Shown here in pieces: positions 1 through 7,972 of a stretch of 64,000 nucleotides of DNA (position 1 is its first letter; the number at the start of each line of letters is the position of its first letter). The stretch is taken from positions 621 to 64,620 of the forward strand of contig JABHFS010000116.1 of NCBI GenBank assembly GCA_018672475.1. The letters are read 5' to 3'. Source of the DNA: Gemmatimonadota bacterium (GTDB lineage Bacteria; Latescibacterota; UBA2968; UBA8231). The notes below the pieces were generated by a model, which saw only the letters and a list, made by a program, of their open reading frames with translations, ran no database searches and had not been told where the DNA came from. The position numbers were made by a program, and so were the translations under genes.

Positions 1-165
1 GTCGCCGTACTGGTCGAGCGGTTGAATGCGCTGGGTCTGGCGGCCGTTGAGTTGGTGCGCCAAGTCGCGAGCGATATCAGCCTGACAGCGCAAATCGGCG
101 AGCAGGGATGGCGGAATGATATTGCGGAAGATCTGGTAGCCATTGGCTAGGTATTCGTCGATCAT
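1..165 (-). CDS. Partial CDS (N-terminal 55 aa only; rest lies outside window): phytanoyl-CoA dioxygenase (PhyH) family protein
   Basis: Minus-strand translation from ATG at ~163-165 gives MIDEYLANGYQIFRNIIPPSLLADLRCQADIARDLAHQLNGRQTQRIQPLDQYGD. The 'dGYxVfrnvl..sl..Lr' N-terminal pattern is typical of the PhyH family. The ORF runs off the window edge. Not in the ORF track because it is <60 aa. Confidence 0.4.
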   Translation of the reverse strand, partial: MIDEYLANGYQIFRNIIPPSLLADLRCQADIARDLAHQLNGRQTQRIQPLDQYGD

Positions 166-187
166 AGTTTGCTGTTAATATTCTCTC

Positions 188-1177
188 TTAAGTGAGTTCG
201 GCGATGACTTGGCCGAGCAGTGTTTCGCCACATGCATAGCGGTTGAGGTTGTCGGCGGCGAATTGTGCTCTTTTGCGCGAAGTGCCGTCGGTCGAACCGG
301 CGGTGTGTGGCATGACAAATACATTGGGCAACTGGTAGACGGGCAGGTTCGGGTCGGGCGGTTCTTGCGCGAAAACGTCTAGACCGGCGCCGCCGATGTG
401 TTTATCGAGCAGGGCTTGGTAGAGGGCGGCTTCGTCGACGAGTTCGCCGCGGGCGACGTTGATCAGGCAGGCGGTATTTTTCATTAGGTCTATGCGTCGG
501 GCGTCAATCGTGTGGTGGGTCTCCGGCGTCAGGTGCAGGTGTAGCGACAAATAATCGCTCTCGCGAACTACGCGGTCGACATCGTCGGGGCCGCCGAGGA
601 ATTCGGGTTGAATTTGTGCGAGAATGTCTTCTTCTATGGGGCGCACGTCGATGGCGAGAATGCGCAGGCCAAAGGGCTTGGCCCGGCGTGCCAGTTCTTG
701 GCCGCTGGCGCCGAAACCGATTAAGCCGAGCGTCAGGCCTTCGAGCTCGGTGCCGGCGGGTGAGTAGAGCTGGCCGTCGGTGAAATTGTGGCGGGCTTCT
801 GCATAGCGGTGTGCGTGCATCAGTATAAAGAGCATCGCGCTCTGTGCCAGGGCTACGCTGCTGAGCTGGCCGGGACAATGCGCCAGCAGCAGGCCGGCGT
901 TGAGTATGCCGTCGACATTGACGTGGTCGAGCCCAGTGGTTTGCGCTTGCAGGAATTTGACGCCGGCTTCGGCGGCATAAGTTAATAGTTCGGGAGTGAT
1001 ATTACCGCCGAGGTCGACGATGGCCTCAATGCCCGCGAATTGCAGTGCGGCCGGTTGCTTGCGGTCGAAGATACTCAGCTGGTGGTGGATGTCGATGGCT
1101 TGCACGACGTCGTTGCTCCAGGGTGTGGCCAGTGCGGGGACCGGGTGTGGCAGGAAGAGCACATTGATTTTGCGCAT
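188..1177 (-). CDS. D-isomer-specific 2-hydroxyacid dehydrogenase (NAD-binding; glyoxylate/hydroxypyruvate reductase-like)
   Basis: 329 aa. Rossmann motif GLIGFGASGQELARRAKPFGLRILAID. Catalytic region 'INVARGELVDEAAL...H' is typical of the 2-Hacid_dh_C family. Confidence 0.8.
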   Translation of the reverse strand: MRKINVLFLPHPVPALATPWSNDVVQAIDIHHQLSIFDRKQPAALQFAGIEAIVDLGGNITPELLTYAAEAGVKFLQAQTTGLDHVNVDGILNAGLLLAHCPGQLSSVALAQSAMLFILMHAHRYAEARHNFTDGQLYSPAGTELEGLTLGLIGFGASGQELARRAKPFGLRILAIDVRPIEEDILAQIQPEFLGGPDDVDRVVRESDYLSLHLHLTPETHHTIDARRIDLMKNTACLINVARGELVDEAALYQALLDKHIGGAGLDVFAQEPPDPNLPVYQLPNVFVMPHTAGSTDGTSRKRAQFAADNLNRYACGETLLGQVIAELT

Positions 1178-1181
1178 GCGA

Positions 1182-2000
1182 TTAATACTCCAATCCGTCG
1201 CGAATTTGTGCGAGGTGTTGGCATCCGATCGTCAAAAAAGTCTCATCGCCACCAGCGAGAATTAAAGAGAAGCCGTCGTCTATGGCCCGTTGCAGCGATT
1301 GCGCTTCGAAGGCCGGGCGGTAGACGCCGATGCCGCCCGGTTTACCGGAACGCCGGGCGGCATCGGCGAGTTTGGCTTGGGCGTCCTGAAAGACCTGGCC
1401 TTCGTAGTCGAAGGGCACACCTAACGAGATCGATAGATCGACGGGGCCTATAATAAAACTATCGAAGCCTTCGACGGCGAGTATTTCGTCGATATTGTCG
1501 ACCGCTTCAGCCGTTTCGATTAGGCCGATAAATAAGACCTGGTCATTGATTGTCGAAAAGTATTCTTCGGTATTCAGACCGTATTGTGATGCGCGGTGTG
1601 GCCCGAAGCCGCGAATGCCTATTGGCGGATAACGACAGGCGCGGGCGCCCGCTTCGGCTTGCTCAGCGGTGTTGATGAAGGGAGCGAGGATGCCCATTGC
1701 GCCCATGTCGAGGTAGAGGCGGATTTGTTCTTCGTCAACGCGCGAGAGGCGGACGACAGGGGTGGCAGGGGTATTGCCTATGGCTTGTAGTTGCGCTTGG
1801 ATGCCGGGTGGGGTCTGTGGGGCGTGCTCGGTGTCGATGACGAGGTAGTCGAAACCGGAGTGACCGAAAAGTTCGGCGATGGCGGGGGAGGCGAAGCGGA
1901 GTTGCGCGCCAAAGGCGGGGGTGTTGGCGGCGAGTTTTTCTTTGATGCGATTTTGCATAGAGAAAATCCTTGGGAGAGGGCTGAATGCAAATATTATCAT
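1182..2000 (-). CDS. HpcH/HpaI aldolase family protein (2-keto-3-deoxy-acid aldolase-like)
   Basis: 272 aa. 'LVIDTEHAPQTP', 'RYPPIGIRGFGP' and 'VFQDAQAKLADAARRSGKP' are motifs of the HpcH/HpaI (class II aldolase/citrate-lyase beta-like) fold. 4-nt spacing to the upstream gene suggests an operon. Confidence 0.75.
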   Translation of the reverse strand: MIIFAFSPLPRIFSMQNRIKEKLAANTPAFGAQLRFASPAIAELFGHSGFDYLVIDTEHAPQTPPGIQAQLQAIGNTPATPVVRLSRVDEEQIRLYLDMGAMGILAPFINTAEQAEAGARACRYPPIGIRGFGPHRASQYGLNTEEYFSTINDQVLFIGLIETAEAVDNIDEILAVEGFDSFIIGPVDLSISLGVPFDYEGQVFQDAQAKLADAARRSGKPGGIGVYRPAFEAQSLQRAIDDGFSLILAGGDETFLTIGCQHLAQIRDGLEY

Positions 2001-2045
2001 TGAAAGTTCATATGATCCTTGGCCGTTTCAGGGCAGTATTGGACC

Positions 2046-3107
2046 TTATAAAATAGATTCTTGCACCACCGCCTCATCCACTCCCAAGTCTTTCGCCGAA
2101 TCGCACAAAGTCTGCCAGGTCGTATCGTCGATTTCGATACCATTGGCTTCACGGTCCTTGCGGTTTTTCTCCTCAATTTCGCCAGGCATCAGAATTTCGT
2201 CAAAACCAGGTGCTTTGCGCGCGCTTTTTACGAAGTCGATGAAGCGCTGGACCTCGGCAGCAAAGCCGAGTTCCTCGGGCAGGCGGTCGCAGTCGATGAT
2301 CAGCGAATACATGCCGTTGAGCAGGCGCTGGTCGTTGGCGGGGTTGGAGCAGGAGTTGCCGGTCAGCGCGCCGGCGAACATCTCGGCGATTATGCTGAGG
2401 CCGTAGCCTTTGTGCCCACCGAAGGGCAAGAGCACGCCGGGCGGGTCGGTGTAGAATTGCGCTGGGTCGGTGATGGCGTTGCCTGCGTTATCCATGATGC
2501 AGCCGGGTTCGACTTCGACGCCCTTGTTGAGCGCGACTTTCAATTTGCCTTCGGCGATGGCGCAGGTCGAGATATCGAGGATAATGGGTTTTTTGCCTTC
2601 GACGGGTACGCCAGCGGCGATGGGGTTGGCCGAAAGGCGGCGGTCGATGCCGCCGAAGGGGGCGACGAGTAGCCCATAGCCGCTGGTATTGACGAAGTGG
2701 AAGGATGCCATACCGGCGTCGGCGACCATCGTCGGCCAGTCGCCGATGCGGCCGAGGTGTGCGCTATTGCGCAGGGACACGGTGGCGATGCCGTGTTTTT
2801 TGGCCATGTCGATGCCCAATTGCATCGCTTGTTCGCCGATGACTTGGCCGAAGCCGAAGTTGCCGTCGACGATGGCCATCGAATCGGTCTGGAAGATTAC
2901 GCTCAATGACTGATTGGTACGGGTCTGATCATTTTTGACATAGTCGATATAATAGGGTGCGCGGATCACGCCGTGCGAATCGTGGCCGGTGAGGTTGGAT
3001 TGCACGAGGTAGAAGGCGATGCGTTCGGCTTCTTTAGATTCCGAGCCGACGCGTTCAAAGAGTTGTTGGATGAAGTCGCGCAGTTTGTTGGGATTGAGGT
3101 GTAGCAT
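2046..3107 (-). CDS. Ldh_2 family malate/L-lactate (L-sulfolactate/ureidoglycolate-type) dehydrogenase
   Basis: The ORF-track entry 2046..3395 has a 96-aa Arg-rich N-terminal artefact. The internal Met gives 'MLHLNPNKLRDFIQQLFERVGSESKEAERIAFYLVQSNLTGHDSHGVIRAPYYIDYV', a canonical Ldh_2 N-terminus. The ATG lies 1-2 nt after the stop of the upstream cyclase gene. Confidence 0.75.
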   Translation of the reverse strand: MLHLNPNKLRDFIQQLFERVGSESKEAERIAFYLVQSNLTGHDSHGVIRAPYYIDYVKNDQTRTNQSLSVIFQTDSMAIVDGNFGFGQVIGEQAMQLGIDMAKKHGIATVSLRNSAHLGRIGDWPTMVADAGMASFHFVNTSGYGLLVAPFGGIDRRLSANPIAAGVPVEGKKPIILDISTCAIAEGKLKVALNKGVEVEPGCIMDNAGNAITDPAQFYTDPPGVLLPFGGHKGYGLSIIAEMFAGALTGNSCSNPANDQRLLNGMYSLIIDCDRLPEELGFAAEVQRFIDFVKSARKAPGFDEILMPGEIEEKNRKDREANGIEIDDTTWQTLCDSAKDLGVDEAVVQESIL

Positions 3108-3109
3108 AG

Positions 3110-3754
3110 TCAGTCGTTTATCCTGGCGAAGGCGCGCACCGGCGAGCCGTCCCGGCCGACGATGGCCAAGGGTATGGCGCTGAAGTCGAAGGGGCGGGGG
3201 CCGATGGCGTCGAGGTTGGTGAGGTTTTCGACGATTAGCAGGTTGTTGCCGAGCAATACGAGATGGGCCTCGTGCGGTGAGCGGTCGACGGAGGGGAAGT
3301 CGACGCCTAGCAAAAGCACGCCGCAGTCGACGAGTAGCTGCGCGGCGGCGGCGGTGAGCACGGGGTGTTCGGTGAAGAAATGGTCTTCGCCCCATTGTCT
3401 GTACCAGCCGGTGTGCAGGATGGCGTGGCGGTGAGTGGTGAGTTGCTCGCGATGAGGCGACAGATGCTGTGCGTCTATTACGGGCAGGTCGAAGAGGTCG
3501 AGTAGAACGGCGGGGCCGGTGCAGTCTGTGAGCGGGATCTGGTCTATGGTGGGGCCGTTGGCGTAGAAGTGGTAGGGGGCGTCAATGTGGGTGGCGCAGT
3601 GGATGGGTAGGGTGAGTTGGCCGCAGTTTAGGCTTTGGCGTTCTTCGCGCCCGGTTTGTTCGGTACTGGCGAGGATTTTTATTTCTACGGATGGGTCGCC
3701 TGGGAAGGGTGGGGTGTTGTTGGATAGGGGGTAGCTTAGGTCAATTAGGGGCAT
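3110..3754 (-). CDS. Cyclase family protein (kynurenine formamidase-like metal-dependent hydrolase)
   Basis: 214 aa. Signature 'CATHIDAPYHFYANG' (HxGTHxDxPxH-like) of the cyclase family (PF04199). Confidence 0.7.
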   Translation of the reverse strand: MPLIDLSYPLSNNTPPFPGDPSVEIKILASTEQTGREERQSLNCGQLTLPIHCATHIDAPYHFYANGPTIDQIPLTDCTGPAVLLDLFDLPVIDAQHLSPHREQLTTHRHAILHTGWYRQWGEDHFFTEHPVLTAAAAQLLVDCGVLLLGVDFPSVDRSPHEAHLVLLGNNLLIVENLTNLDAIGPRPFDFSAIPLAIVGRDGSPVRAFARIND

Positions 3755-3765
3755 GGGATGCTCCG

Positions 3766-4488
3766 TTAGATCTCTTTGAGTTTGGATAAGAGATTTGTGC
3801 CCCGGTCGAAGAGCAGGTCGAGGTCTGATTTCATGGTGATGCCCTGGAAACCGGCGGCTTTTTGTGCGGCGAAATCGTCGGGAGAATAGGTATTGCAGCA
3901 GGGCATTTTGCCGGCGGCGAGGGTGGTGTCGACGATCTTTTTGAGTGCGGCTTGCTGTGCGGGCTCTTGCTCGTATTCGGCGCGGTGGCGCGAAAGGCCT
4001 AGTGATATCGCGAGGTCGACCGGTCCGACGAAGCAGCCGTCGACACCGGGTAGGGCCATGATTTCTTCGGCTTGGTTGACCGCGTCGATATGTTCCATTT
4101 GCACTAGCAGCAGGGTTTCTTCATTGGCGCGTTCGAAATAATCGGCGCCGTAGTGCAGGAAGTTGTCGCCGCCCAAGGAGCGGTCGCCGACGGGGGGGTA
4201 TTTGGCGGCGCGGGCGACGGCGGTGGCGGTTTCGAGCGAGTTGACCATTGGCACGACTACGCCGCTGGCGCCGAGGTCGAGCGCTTTTTCGACTTCGCCG
4301 GGATGGCCGACCGAGGTGCGGACGAGCGGGCGGGCGCCGGTCGCGAGGGCGGCGTGGATGCACTCATAGGCGGTTTCCCAATTCATTGCGCCGTGCTGTA
4401 GGTCGAGAATAATCCAATCCCAGCCCATCTGTCCCAGATAGCGGGATATCATCGGTTGCGGAATACTTTGCCAGATACCGACTGCCAT
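3766..4488 (-). CDS. HpcH/HpaI aldolase family protein (second copy)
   Basis: 240 aa. 'ILDLQHGAMNWETAYE', 'KYPPVGDRSLGG' and 'VGPVDLAISLG' match the HpcH/HpaI aldolase fold. Paralogous to 1182..2000. Confidence 0.7.
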   Translation of the reverse strand: MAVGIWQSIPQPMISRYLGQMGWDWIILDLQHGAMNWETAYECIHAALATGARPLVRTSVGHPGEVEKALDLGASGVVVPMVNSLETATAVARAAKYPPVGDRSLGGDNFLHYGADYFERANEETLLLVQMEHIDAVNQAEEIMALPGVDGCFVGPVDLAISLGLSRHRAEYEQEPAQQAALKKIVDTTLAAGKMPCCNTYSPDDFAAQKAAGFQGITMKSDLDLLFDRGTNLLSKLKEI

Positions 4489-4562
4489 TAGTTTTGCTCT
4501 TGTTTGTTATATAGGTGAAGGGCATGAGGTGCCGCGTTTCTTGCTCCTTGGGGCAAGGCGAA

Positions 4563-5459
4563 TCAACTCGAAAACCCCGGTGTTCCTCGGCCCCGGCCAG
4601 CCGCTTGGTTGAGTTCCATATCGCCTGAATTCACTTTCGCGTCTGTATGCGCGTCCCACAAGTCGAGCCCGAGTAGCTTGCGGCCCAATGGGGTCAACGC
4701 GGAAGTGGTGCCGTGCTGGCGTTCCCAGTTGCGCGGGTCGCCGGGGAAGGGATTGCCTTCCGGTGCCTTGCGATGCAGCCAGGCGTCAATGCGCCATTGG
4801 CGGGCGGCTTCGTTTTGCTCCTGCGCCGGCGACATCGACATATATTGCGCTAAGCGGGGTTGATCCGAAGTGTTGGGGCTGACGCCGTGTGCTAATTGAC
4901 TATTCCAAATAAGTAGGTCGCCGGCATTGATGGGCACGGTTTCTACGGTGAGACCGGTCAGATCGGGTTTGTGCGGGTCACGGTCTTTAGGTTGTGTCTT
5001 GATCCATTCGGGCAGGCGCTTGGGCATGCCAGGTACGCATTGGAAACCACCTTGGCTGGGTGCGGTGTCGGTCAGGCTTAAAATGCCTTGTACGTCGAAG
5101 GGCAGCGGGTCGAGCCGGGTGTCGATATCCCAATGGATAAACCCTGCGAATTCGAATCCTGGGCGATTCGGCGGGTTGAGATTGCAGCGGTCGATACTGG
5201 TCCACAGCTTTTCGGTGTTCCAGATATCGGCGAAGGCGCCGTGGATACGTGGCAGTTGGCGGATGGCCCACAGCGCGGGGTGGTGATACATCTCGACCAT
5301 ACCCGAACCGTTGAGTTCGATCATGCCATTTTTGCGCTCGGGGTGGCGATACCAAGTATCGGAATTGGCCGGGGCCATCTGCTGGAAGGCCCAGATGGCG
5401 TCGACGACCGCCTGGATCATCTCGGGTGGAGCGGCCTCGCGGACGATGACATAGCCCAT
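4563..5459 (-). CDS. Phytanoyl-CoA dioxygenase (PhyH) family Fe(II)/2-oxoglutarate oxygenase
   Basis: 298 aa. 'FIHWDID' (HxD) and a downstream 'LAHGVSPN' His. Overall size and pattern fit the PhyH family. Confidence 0.55.
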   Translation of the reverse strand: MGYVIVREAAPPEMIQAVVDAIWAFQQMAPANSDTWYRHPERKNGMIELNGSGMVEMYHHPALWAIRQLPRIHGAFADIWNTEKLWTSIDRCNLNPPNRPGFEFAGFIHWDIDTRLDPLPFDVQGILSLTDTAPSQGGFQCVPGMPKRLPEWIKTQPKDRDPHKPDLTGLTVETVPINAGDLLIWNSQLAHGVSPNTSDQPRLAQYMSMSPAQEQNEAARQWRIDAWLHRKAPEGNPFPGDPRNWERQHGTTSALTPLGRKLLGLDLWDAHTDAKVNSGDMELNQAAGRGRGTPGFSS

Positions 5460-5564
5460 GTCGTCGAAAAAGGTGCGGTCTTCGGAGTTTAGTACGTGGA
5501 TGATATTGGATTTCCCCCTGTTAAGGCGCTTGCGATTCAGTCATAGGATGTGTGCGTTCGAAGC

Positions 5565-6389
5565 TTAAGACCAGACGAATATCTCGTCGCGATCTGCGGA
5601 CATCGCAAAGAAGAAAGCCAAGACTACGCGAGGGGAAGTGCGCACGACGGGCGGTACCGTGTGGATATTTTCGGTGTAGAAGAAATAGAGATCGCCGGGT
5701 TCGAGTAATACTTGCGCGTGGGCGATTTTCTGTGCCTGCACATAGTCGTCGAATTCGCTGGAACTGATAACGGCGTTGACCTCGTCGTCGGCGTAACAGT
5801 CGTAGATAAAGGGCTCGCCGTCGGGTTCGGCACTTTGCAGGCACAGGACGCCGGCGAATTGGTGCGCGAAGTCGCCGACGGCGTATTCGGATTTTGAGCG
5901 CCGAGCTACCGAGTCGAAGTGCGGCCTGTGCCCCTCATCGCCGTGGTAAATGCGGAAGATGGCCGGGCCGTAGAGGCGGTCGTTGGGCTCGTGGGCGGTA
6001 AGCACCTTATTGTCGGGAGCTAGTTCAGCGAGGGCTTCGTACATGGTGCGTACGGGATCGTCGAAGCCGTCGAAGAGGTGGGAAAAGAGCGCGTGGGTGC
6101 GCTCGGCGTGCGCGAAAAAGGCTTCGGGGTCGGCACCGACCCGGCCGAGGCTGGTGCCGAGATCGAGGTAGGGGCCGCCGTTGAGTTGGCTTTCGACGCC
6201 GACGGTCTCCTGGTTGAAATACCCGCGTTCGGAAAAGCGCTGCATCAGACCGGTGCAATGCTCTGGGTTATAGGCGTTGCGCAGGACGAGGGCGGGGATT
6301 TGTCGATCGGCCAGGGCTTGCAGTGGCTGCGGGTATTTTTGCAGGATCTGCTCAGGGGTGGCGGCAAATGCTTGCCAATGTGGGTTCAT
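5565..6389 (-). CDS. Hypothetical protein, possible non-canonical Fe(II)/2OG oxygenase-like
   Basis: 274 aa in operon context. 'IFRIYHGDEGHRPHFDS' (HxD) and a later 'ENIHTVPPVVRTSPR' (His + Arg). Family assignment is weak. Confidence 0.3.
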   Translation of the reverse strand: MNPHWQAFAATPEQILQKYPQPLQALADRQIPALVLRNAYNPEHCTGLMQRFSERGYFNQETVGVESQLNGGPYLDLGTSLGRVGADPEAFFAHAERTHALFSHLFDGFDDPVRTMYEALAELAPDNKVLTAHEPNDRLYGPAIFRIYHGDEGHRPHFDSVARRSKSEYAVGDFAHQFAGVLCLQSAEPDGEPFIYDCYADDEVNAVISSSEFDDYVQAQKIAHAQVLLEPGDLYFFYTENIHTVPPVVRTSPRVVLAFFFAMSADRDEIFVWS

Positions 6390-6512
6390 AAGATCTGCTG
6401 GAAAAGGGATAAGGGTGATATCGTAGCGATGCCATTAGTATTAAGCGATTGCTACGCCTGGAGCAACTGGATTATTAGATCAGCGGCGTTTTATGCGTTA
6501 TGAGTCGGTCGT

Positions 6513-7961
6513 TTATTTGGCCAGCAGCATTTTGCGCGCTTCGATACGGTCGCCGGCGCGCAGGCGATAAAAATAGAGCCCGTTGGCCAAATCGACGGCG
6601 TCGAAGCGGATCTGGTGGGTGCCGGCCGGTTGCAGGCCGTCGACTAGTGTGGACAAGCGCTGGCCGGTGATATCGTAGATGCTGAGTTCGGTCTGCGCGG
6701 TGGCGGGCAGGGTATAGCGGATGGTGGTCTGCGGGTTGAAAGGGTTGGGATAGTTTTGTTCTAGGGCGAATAGGGTGGGCTGGCTGGTCTCTTCGAGGGC
6801 GACGGCGGTGGGTTCGGGATCGGCTTCGAAGGTGTAGATGCCGCCGTCGAAGGCCAGGATATAAAGTTCTCCGGCCTGATCTTCGCCAAAGCTGGCGATG
6901 CCGCCGGGCGCTTTAGCCAGCAGCGTGTTTTCAGTGACTTCGCCGTTTTGGTAATGCAGGCCCCAGACCAGACTGGTTTCGAAGTCGCCGTAGATATAGG
7001 CGCCGGTAAGCTGTGCGCTACGGTGGCCGCGGTAGACGTAGCCGCCGGTTACCGAGCGGCCCTCGTCGTGTGCGTATTCGACCACCGGCAGCGCCAGGCC
7101 TTCGGTTTCGCAGCCGGTGGTGGGGCGGAAGCACTGAAAGCCTTCCATGGTGTTCCAGCCGTAGTTACCCCCTTTTTCGATGAGGTCAATTTCCTCGCGA
7201 TTGCCCTGGCCAACGTCGCCCGTCCATAAGTCGCCGGTCAGGCGGTCGAAGCTAAAACGCCAGGGATTGCGCAGGCCCCAGGCCCAGATCTCTTCGCGCC
7301 AGCCGTCTGCGTTGCCAGTGAAGGGGTTGTCGGCGGGGATGCCATAGGCTAAGCCATCGTGTTGCGTGTTGACGTCGATGCGTAGGATGGTGCCTAGAAG
7401 GGTTGTCGGGTCCTGGCCGTTTTGGAAAAGGTCGTTGGCTGCGCCGCCGTCGCCGAGGCCAATATAGAGCATGCCGTCCGGACCGAAGGCGATCTGGCCG
7501 CCATTGTGGTTGCCGGCGGGTTGCTCGATGTCGAGCAGGGCGCGCTCGCTGTCCGGGTCGGCGCGCGCGGGATCGCTGGAGACGCGGAATTCGGCGATGC
7601 GCGAGAACAGGTTGCCGTGGTTGTAATAGACATAGAACAGGCCATTGCTCTCGTATTGCGGGTGGAAGGCCGTGCTGAGCAGACCGGCTTCGTTGGGGCC
7701 GTTGTTGACGCGCTGACTGATATCGAGAAAAAGGCCGGCAGTGGCGATGTCGTTGCGGTTGGGAAAGACGCTGATTACGCCGCGTTGCTCGGTGACGAAG
7801 ACGCGGTCGCTGCCGTCACTGGCGTGGTCGAGGAAGACCGGGCGGTTGAACGAGAGGTTGGGGAAGGCCCGGTGCAGAGCGACGGGTTGTAGGCTTTGAG
7901 CATAGGTGCTGGATAGGGTCAGGCTGCAAAAAGCTAAATGTATCAGGAGCGCGTGTTTCAT
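6513..7961 (-). CDS. PQQ-dependent sugar (glucose/sorbosone) dehydrogenase with C-terminal T9SS type-A sorting domain
   Basis: The ORF-track entry 6513..8648 has a 229-aa Arg-rich artefact; the real start is at the signal peptide MKHALLIHLAFCSLTLSSTYAQ. The GSDH beta-propeller carries 'AFHPQYESNGLFYVYY', 'GNHNGGQIAFGPDGMLYIGLGDGG' and 'GLRNPWRFSFD'. The C-terminus 'NYPNPFNPQTTIRYTLP...ELSIYDITGQRLSTLVDG...GLYFYRLRAG' is a Por_Secre_tail-like CTD. Confidence 0.8.
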   Translation of the reverse strand: MKHALLIHLAFCSLTLSSTYAQSLQPVALHRAFPNLSFNRPVFLDHASDGSDRVFVTEQRGVISVFPNRNDIATAGLFLDISQRVNNGPNEAGLLSTAFHPQYESNGLFYVYYNHGNLFSRIAEFRVSSDPARADPDSERALLDIEQPAGNHNGGQIAFGPDGMLYIGLGDGGAANDLFQNGQDPTTLLGTILRIDVNTQHDGLAYGIPADNPFTGNADGWREEIWAWGLRNPWRFSFDRLTGDLWTGDVGQGNREEIDLIEKGGNYGWNTMEGFQCFRPTTGCETEGLALPVVEYAHDEGRSVTGGYVYRGHRSAQLTGAYIYGDFETSLVWGLHYQNGEVTENTLLAKAPGGIASFGEDQAGELYILAFDGGIYTFEADPEPTAVALEETSQPTLFALEQNYPNPFNPQTTIRYTLPATAQTELSIYDITGQRLSTLVDGLQPAGTHQIRFDAVDLANGLYFYRLRAGDRIEARKMLLAK

Positions 7962-7972
7962 CGGTAGTCCTC

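Noticed and set aside
504-878. Antisense/alternate-frame Arg- and Pro-rich ORFs throughout the window (e.g. 504..878, 4121..4363, 8194..8583, 14668..14940, 21171..21632, 27472..27879, 30276..31238, 40000..40506, 48144..48902, 62288..62902)
   Set aside because: Compositionally biased (R/P/A-rich) products overlapping well-supported genes on the other strand or frame. This is typical of spurious long ORFs in >60% GC DNA. None has family motifs.
2046-3395. Long N-terminal extensions of ORF-track entries (2046..3395, 6513..8648, 26871..28103, 41213..43999, 50358..51293, 55508..57379, 59580..60218, 62853..63998, 36652..37641, 17026..17481)
   Set aside because: The upstream portions are Arg-rich and low-complexity, and they overlap neighbouring genes. 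Internal starts coincide with family-typical N-termini, signal peptides, RBS-like sequences or stop-start coupling, so shorter CDSs were called.
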